Positions 60,128-64,000 of a stretch of DNA of 64,000 nucleotides are shown here, one piece after another; position 1 is the first letter of the stretch; every line of letters begins with the position of its first letter. The DNA comes from Xanthomonas tesorieronis (GTDB lineage Bacteria > Pseudomonadota > Gammaproteobacteria > Xanthomonadales > Xanthomonadaceae): NCBI RefSeq assembly GCF_041245805.1, contig NZ_CP162490.1, forward strand, positions 347,336-411,335. Reading direction: 5' to 3'. The notes under the pieces were generated by a model. It made no database searches and was not told the origin of the DNA. It saw nothing but the letters and a program-made list of their open reading frames with translations. Made by a program: the position numbers and the translations under genes.

Positions 60128-60943
60128 TCAGCTGCGCAACCCCACCCCACGCCGCAGCAACCACAGCGCCAGCGCGCTGAGCACCGCGACGAAACCCAGC
60201 ATCAGCGCGTAGGCCACCCAGACCGGGACGTCGCTGCTGCCGAGCAGGCCGTAGCGGAAGGCGTTGACCATGTAGAAGATCGGGTTGGCGTGGGTCGCGG
60301 CCTCGGCCCAGCCGGGCAGCAGCTTCACCGAATAGAACACGCCGCCCAGGTAGGTCAGCGGGGTCAGGATGAAGGTCGGCACGATCGCCACGTCGTCGAA
60401 CTTCTTCGCGTACACGGCGTTGATGAAACCGGCCAGCGAGAAGATCGTCGCGCCCAGCAGCACCGTGGTCAGCGTCACCAGCGGGTGCGGGATGCGTACC
60501 GGGGTGAAGAACATGGCGATGATCAGCACCAGCACGCCGACCATCAGGCCGCGCAGCACCGCGCCAGCCACGTAACCCCACAGGATCACCCAGTTCGGCA
60601 TCGGGCTGACCAGCAGTTCCTCGACGTGGCGCCCGAACTTGGCGCCGAAGAAGCTGGAGCTGATGTTGCCGTAGCTGTTCTGGATCACGCTCATCATCAC
60701 CAGCCCGGGGACGATGAACTGCATGTAGCTGTAGCCGCCCATGTCGCCAACGCGCGAGCCGATCAGCCCGCCGAAGATCAGGAAATACAGGGTCATGGTG
60801 ATCGCCGGCGGCACCAGGGTCTGGCCCCAGATGCGCAGGATGCGCTTGACCTCGCGGCGCACCACGGTGCCCAGCGCGACCCAGTTGCGCTGGGCCGGCG
60901 TGGTCTCGGGAAGAACGGATTGCGGTTTGGTGGTGGTGTTCAT
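60128..60943 (-). CDS. ABC-2 family transporter permease (NodJ-like)
   Basis: Six TM segments and an ABC-2 signature; 271 aa. Confidence 0.85.
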   Translation of the reverse strand: MNTTTKPQSVLPETTPAQRNWVALGTVVRREVKRILRIWGQTLVPPAITMTLYFLIFGGLIGSRVGDMGGYSYMQFIVPGLVMMSVIQNSYGNISSSFFGAKFGRHVEELLVSPMPNWVILWGYVAGAVLRGLMVGVLVLIIAMFFTPVRIPHPLVTLTTVLLGATIFSLAGFINAVYAKKFDDVAIVPTFILTPLTYLGGVFYSVKLLPGWAEAATHANPIFYMVNAFRYGLLGSSDVPVWVAYALMLGFVAVLSALALWLLRRGVGLRS

Positions 60944-60963
60944 TGGTGTCCAGCGAATAGGGG

Positions 60964-61971
60964 TCAGGCGGCGGCGGGCGGCTGCTTCGGCGAGCCCGGG
61001 GCCGAGGCCGGGCCGCTTGCGCCGTCCCGGTTGTCTCCGGTGAGGCGCACGAACAGCTCTTCCAGGCGGTTGCTCTTGGTGCGCATCGAGCGCACGCGGA
61101 TGCCGGCGGCGCCGAGCGCGGCGAACACGCGGTTGAGGTCCATCGCCCGCGGCATGTCCAGGTCCAGGGTGTGCGCGTCCTGCGCGAGCAGGGTGGTGCC
61201 CTCGATCGCCGGCAGCTGCGGCGGCAACTCGCCGTCGATGTCGAGCAGGAAGCCTTCCACGTCGAGCTTGGCCAGCAGTTCGCGCATCGGGCCCTGTTCG
61301 ACGATGCGGCCGCGGTCGATGATCGCCAGGTTGCGGCACAGGCTCTCCGCTTCCTCCAGGTAGTGCGTGGTCAGGATGATGGTGGTGCCGGCGGCGTTGA
61401 TCTCGCGCAGCACGCGCCACATGTCGCGGCGGATCTCGATGTCCACGCCGGCGGTGGGTTCGTCCAGGATCAGCAGGCGCGGCTGGGTCATCATCGCGCG
61501 GGCGATCATCAGCCGCCGCTTCATGCCGCCGGACAGGGTGCGGCTCATCACCTGCGCCTTCTCCCACAGGTGCGCGCGCTTGAGTTCCACTTCGGCCTGG
61601 CGCTCGGCCTCCGCGCGCGGCACGCCGTAGAAGCCGGCGTAGTTGACCAGGATGTCGAAAGGCTTCTCGAACAGGTTGAAGTTGATCTCCTGCGGCACCA
61701 GGCCGAGCAGGCGCATCGCCGCGCTGCGCTGGGCGGTCAGGTCGGTGCCGAACACCTCGACCTGGCCGGCGCTGAGGTTGACCAGCGAGCTGATGATGCC
61801 GATCAAGGTGGACTTGCCGGCGCCGTTGGGGCCGAGCAGGGCGAAGAAATCGCCGGGCAGCACGTCCAGCGACACGCCATGCAGCGCCTGCACGCCGTTG
61901 TCGTAGGTCTTGCGCAGCTCGCGCACGCGCAGCGCGGGCACCGGGGAGGAGAGCGGGGAGGCGATATTCAA
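60964..61971 (-). CDS. ABC transporter ATP-binding protein (NodI-like, ABC-2 type)
   Basis: Walker A GPNGAGKST, LSGGMKRR signature, and Walker B LLILDEPT. The start (a candidate TTG at 61971 with AAGGG upstream) is uncertain. Confidence 0.8.
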   Translation of the reverse strand: MNIASPLSSPVPALRVRELRKTYDNGVQALHGVSLDVLPGDFFALLGPNGAGKSTLIGIISSLVNLSAGQVEVFGTDLTAQRSAAMRLLGLVPQEINFNLFEKPFDILVNYAGFYGVPRAEAERQAEVELKRAHLWEKAQVMSRTLSGGMKRRLMIARAMMTQPRLLILDEPTAGVDIEIRRDMWRVLREINAAGTTIILTTHYLEEAESLCRNLAIIDRGRIVEQGPMRELLAKLDVEGFLLDIDGELPPQLPAIEGTTLLAQDAHTLDLDMPRAMDLNRVFAALGAAGIRVRSMRTKSNRLEELFVRLTGDNRDGASGPASAPGSPKQPPAAA

Positions 61972-62035
61972 GGCGGACCCTTTCGCGCCCTGTTGACGGC
62001 GCAGGAGAAATGCAGCCGCTATTATAGAAGACCTC

Positions 62036-62821
62036 GTGGGCTCGGCCCCGGCCATAGACTGTTGCATCCGCGTGCCTGCCCAATTCCCGTTGAAACTGGT
62101 CGACCGCCACATGCTGGCCCCGGCCGTCGGCCACTACCGCTTCGTCCGCGACGACGGCCAACCGCTGCCGTTCGTACCCGGCCAGTTCGTGCAGGTGCAC
62201 TTCCACTACGCCGATGGCATGGCGACCAAGCGCAGCTATTCGCTGGCCACCCGCCACGATCCGGCGCAGCCGGCCGATGCGACGGTCGAGATCGCGGTCA
62301 GCTTCGTCGCCGGCGGCGCGGCCACGGCGCTGTTCGAAGGCCTGGAGATCGGCGGCCAGGTCTGCGCCAGCGGTCCGTACGGCCGCTTCTGCCTGAACCA
62401 GGGCGACAGCAACCGCCGCTACCTGCTGATCGCCACCGGCACCGGCGTCACCCCGTACCGTTCGATGTTGCCGCTGCTGGAAGCGGCGATGGCCGAGCGC
62501 GGCGTGGAAGTGGTGTTGCTGCTCGGCGCGCGCACGCCGGCCGAGCTGCTGTACGGCGACGAGTTCCGCGCCTTCGCCGACGCGCATCCGGGGTTCCGCT
62601 TCGTCCCGTGTTTCTCGCGCGAACTGCCGGAGGCGCCGCATGCCGACGTGCGTCACGGCTACGTGCAGCAGTTCCTGGGCGAGTTCGCGCCGCAGGCCGA
62701 TGGCGATATCGCCTACCTGTGCGGCAATCCGAACATGGTCGATGCCTGCTTCGAGGCGCTGAAAGAGGCGGGTCTGCCGGTGCCGCACATCCGCCGCGAG
62801 AAGTACGTCAGCAGCAAGTAG
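62036..62821 (+). CDS. fpr: Ferredoxin--NADP(+) reductase (Fpr-like)
   Basis: RSYSLA FAD-binding motif and GTGVTP NAD(P)-binding motif. The C-terminus is typical of Fpr. Confidence 0.75.
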   Translation: MGSAPAIDCCIRVPAQFPLKLVDRHMLAPAVGHYRFVRDDGQPLPFVPGQFVQVHFHYADGMATKRSYSLATRHDPAQPADATVEIAVSFVAGGAATALFEGLEIGGQVCASGPYGRFCLNQGDSNRRYLLIATGTGVTPYRSMLPLLEAAMAERGVEVVLLLGARTPAELLYGDEFRAFADAHPGFRFVPCFSRELPEAPHADVRHGYVQQFLGEFAPQADGDIAYLCGNPNMVDACFEALKEAGLPVPHIRREKYVSSK

Positions 62822-62845
62822 CGATCGCCGTCGGCGCCGGTCTCG

Positions 62846-62990
62846 TCGGAGCGGCTTCAGCCACGATCGCCTCGCGGGAAGTTCCTGTCGAAGGTGCGTC
62901 GCGGGCGAAGCCGCGTGCTCTCGAAGCGGCGAGTGCGCTTCGCGCCCTTACCCTCACCCCAACCCCTCTCCCGGTGGGAGAGGGGCTAGC
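62846..62990. repeat. Degenerate REP-like or palindromic intergenic repeats
   Basis: GGAGCGGCTTCAGCC fragment plus a hairpin CCCCTCTCCCGGTGGGAGAGGGG. Confidence 0.3.
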
Positions 62991-63157
62991 CGCGTCGGTT
63001 TGTCGATGTTTTGGACTCGTCTGTAAAGGACGCTTGACAGGCGTTCCCGCGACGCGCATTCTCCTGTCAAGCGTGCTTGACAGGGGAAAAGTCAGCACGA
63101 CATGGGGCGCAGCGGAACGGGCGCCGGATCGGGTGGGACTGACATTGGGGGCATGGG

Positions 63158-63736
63158 ATGGTCAACTGCAGGCGCAACGCGATCGCAGTGCTGTGCGTGA
63201 GTCTGGCGCTGCTTGCGGCGGCGGCCTCGCTGCCGTTCGGCCGCAGCGACTATCTGCGTGGACTGTGCATGGGCGTCGGTATCGCCGGCCTGTTCATGGC
63301 GCTGCTGCTGTGGTGGTCGCGGGGCAGTTTGCGCGACAGCGCGCCGCGGGCGCTGGCGCGACGCTACTACCGCGAGTTCCTGCCGCCGATGGGCGCCTAC
63401 GTGGTCGTGATGCTGTTCTGGAGGCGCCTACTCGACGATGTCGACGCGCTGTGGCTGCGGACGTTGGTCGCACTGCTGCCGGCCGTACTGCTGGCGCTGG
63501 TGATCCGGGCGGTGGCGCGCTTCGTGCGCGACTCCGACGAACTGCAGCGGCGCATCGAGCTGGAGTCCATCGCCATCGCCGCCGGGCTGACCTGCGGCGT
63601 CTACATGGCCGCCGGGTTCCTGCAGGCGGCGCAGGTCATCGCGCTGTCGGCCTCGAGCGCGATGCTGTGGGTGTTTCCCGCGCTGTGCATGACCTATGGG
63701 GTGGTCAAGGTCGCGAACGCGCGCCGCTACCTATGA
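63158..63736 (+). CDS. Hypothetical membrane protein (DUF2975-like) paired with an XRE regulator
   Basis: Four or five TM segments. ATGA overlap with the downstream HTH gene. Confidence 0.55.
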   Translation: MVNCRRNAIAVLCVSLALLAAAASLPFGRSDYLRGLCMGVGIAGLFMALLLWWSRGSLRDSAPRALARRYYREFLPPMGAYVVVMLFWRRLLDDVDALWLRTLVALLPAVLLALVIRAVARFVRDSDELQRRIELESIAIAAGLTCGVYMAAGFLQAAQVIALSASSAMLWVFPALCMTYGVVKVANARRYL

Positions 63737-63933
63737 ACAGCCGCATCCGCGAACTGCGCGAGGCCCGCGGCTGGTCGCAGGGCGAGCTGGGCGAGCGGCT
63801 GGGCGTGTCGCGGCAGACCATCAATGCGCTGGAAACCGGCAAGTACGATCCGAGCCTGCCGCTGGCGTTCCGTATTGCGCGGCTGTTCGCGCACAGCATC
63901 GAGCAGGTGTTCCTGTTCGACGATTCAGAGTAG
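63733..63933 (+). CDS. XRE family HTH transcriptional regulator (66 aa)
   Basis: IRELREARGWSQGELGERLGVSRQTINALETGK is an HTH_3 motif. Confidence 0.8.
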   Translation: MNSRIRELREARGWSQGELGERLGVSRQTINALETGKYDPSLPLAFRIARLFAHSIEQVFLFDDSE

Positions 63934-64000
63934 TCCTTCCGACCTGCCATCGGTCACCTACGACGCCATGCTCCGGCATGGCATCCTGCAAGCCATGAAC

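Noticed and set aside
59776-60212. Small plus-strand ORFs (134, 107 and 60 aa) between the flp promoter and the ABC permease
   Set aside because: No RBS, low-complexity composition, and overlap with the 3' end of the permease gene on the opposite strand.
61171-63933. 920-aa plus-strand ORF across the ABC ATPase, fpr and downstream genes
   Set aside because: Composite of antisense and alternate frames. Only its last 66 codons (the XRE regulator) are real.

Overview
This is a high-GC (about 68-70%) chromosomal segment that looks Xanthomonadaceae-like (Xanthomonas, Lysobacter or Stenotrophomonas type). The evidence is REP-like palindromes containing GTAGGAGCGGCTTCAGCCGCGACA, an XC_0249/XC_0250-like cGMP signalling pair, and a glyoxylate shunt operon with a divergent LysR regulator. 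The six-frame ORF track is heavily polluted by long antisense and alternate-frame ORFs, as expected at this GC content, so genes were called by recognisable protein families, start-codon context and ATGA/GTGA coupling. Most of the window is housekeeping or ordinary accessory metabolism: a Dcp peptidase, one IS110 insertion, SDR, MBL hydrolase and AKR enzymes, a CPA2 antiporter, aceBA, a SulP transporter, RtcB with an SPFH partner, HrpB, TatD, RluE, PanE, PsiE, an ABC-2 exporter and Fpr. Three regions deserve attention. First, a lower-GC island at roughly 13.5-18.9 kb carries a cNMP-binding GGDEF protein, a class III nucleotide cyclase with TPR repeats, and next to them a 78-aa candidate RiPP precursor with a SagB-type (McbC-like) dehydrogenase. 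That peptide/dehydrogenase pair has no characterised product. Second, two adjacent non-canonical tRNA-like genes sit on the minus strand beside the RtcB RNA-ligase operon and next to a low-GC intergenic patch. Third, a 13-kb minus-strand Tad/Flp-type pilus locus at about 46-59.3 kb is non-canonical. Its CpaF/TadA ATPase has an N-terminal FHA domain. No TadZ/CpaE and no prepilin peptidase are present in the window. There are two Flp-motif small proteins, several large TadE/TadG-like pseudopilins and an embedded DUF192 gene. No CRISPR array and no rRNA were seen.
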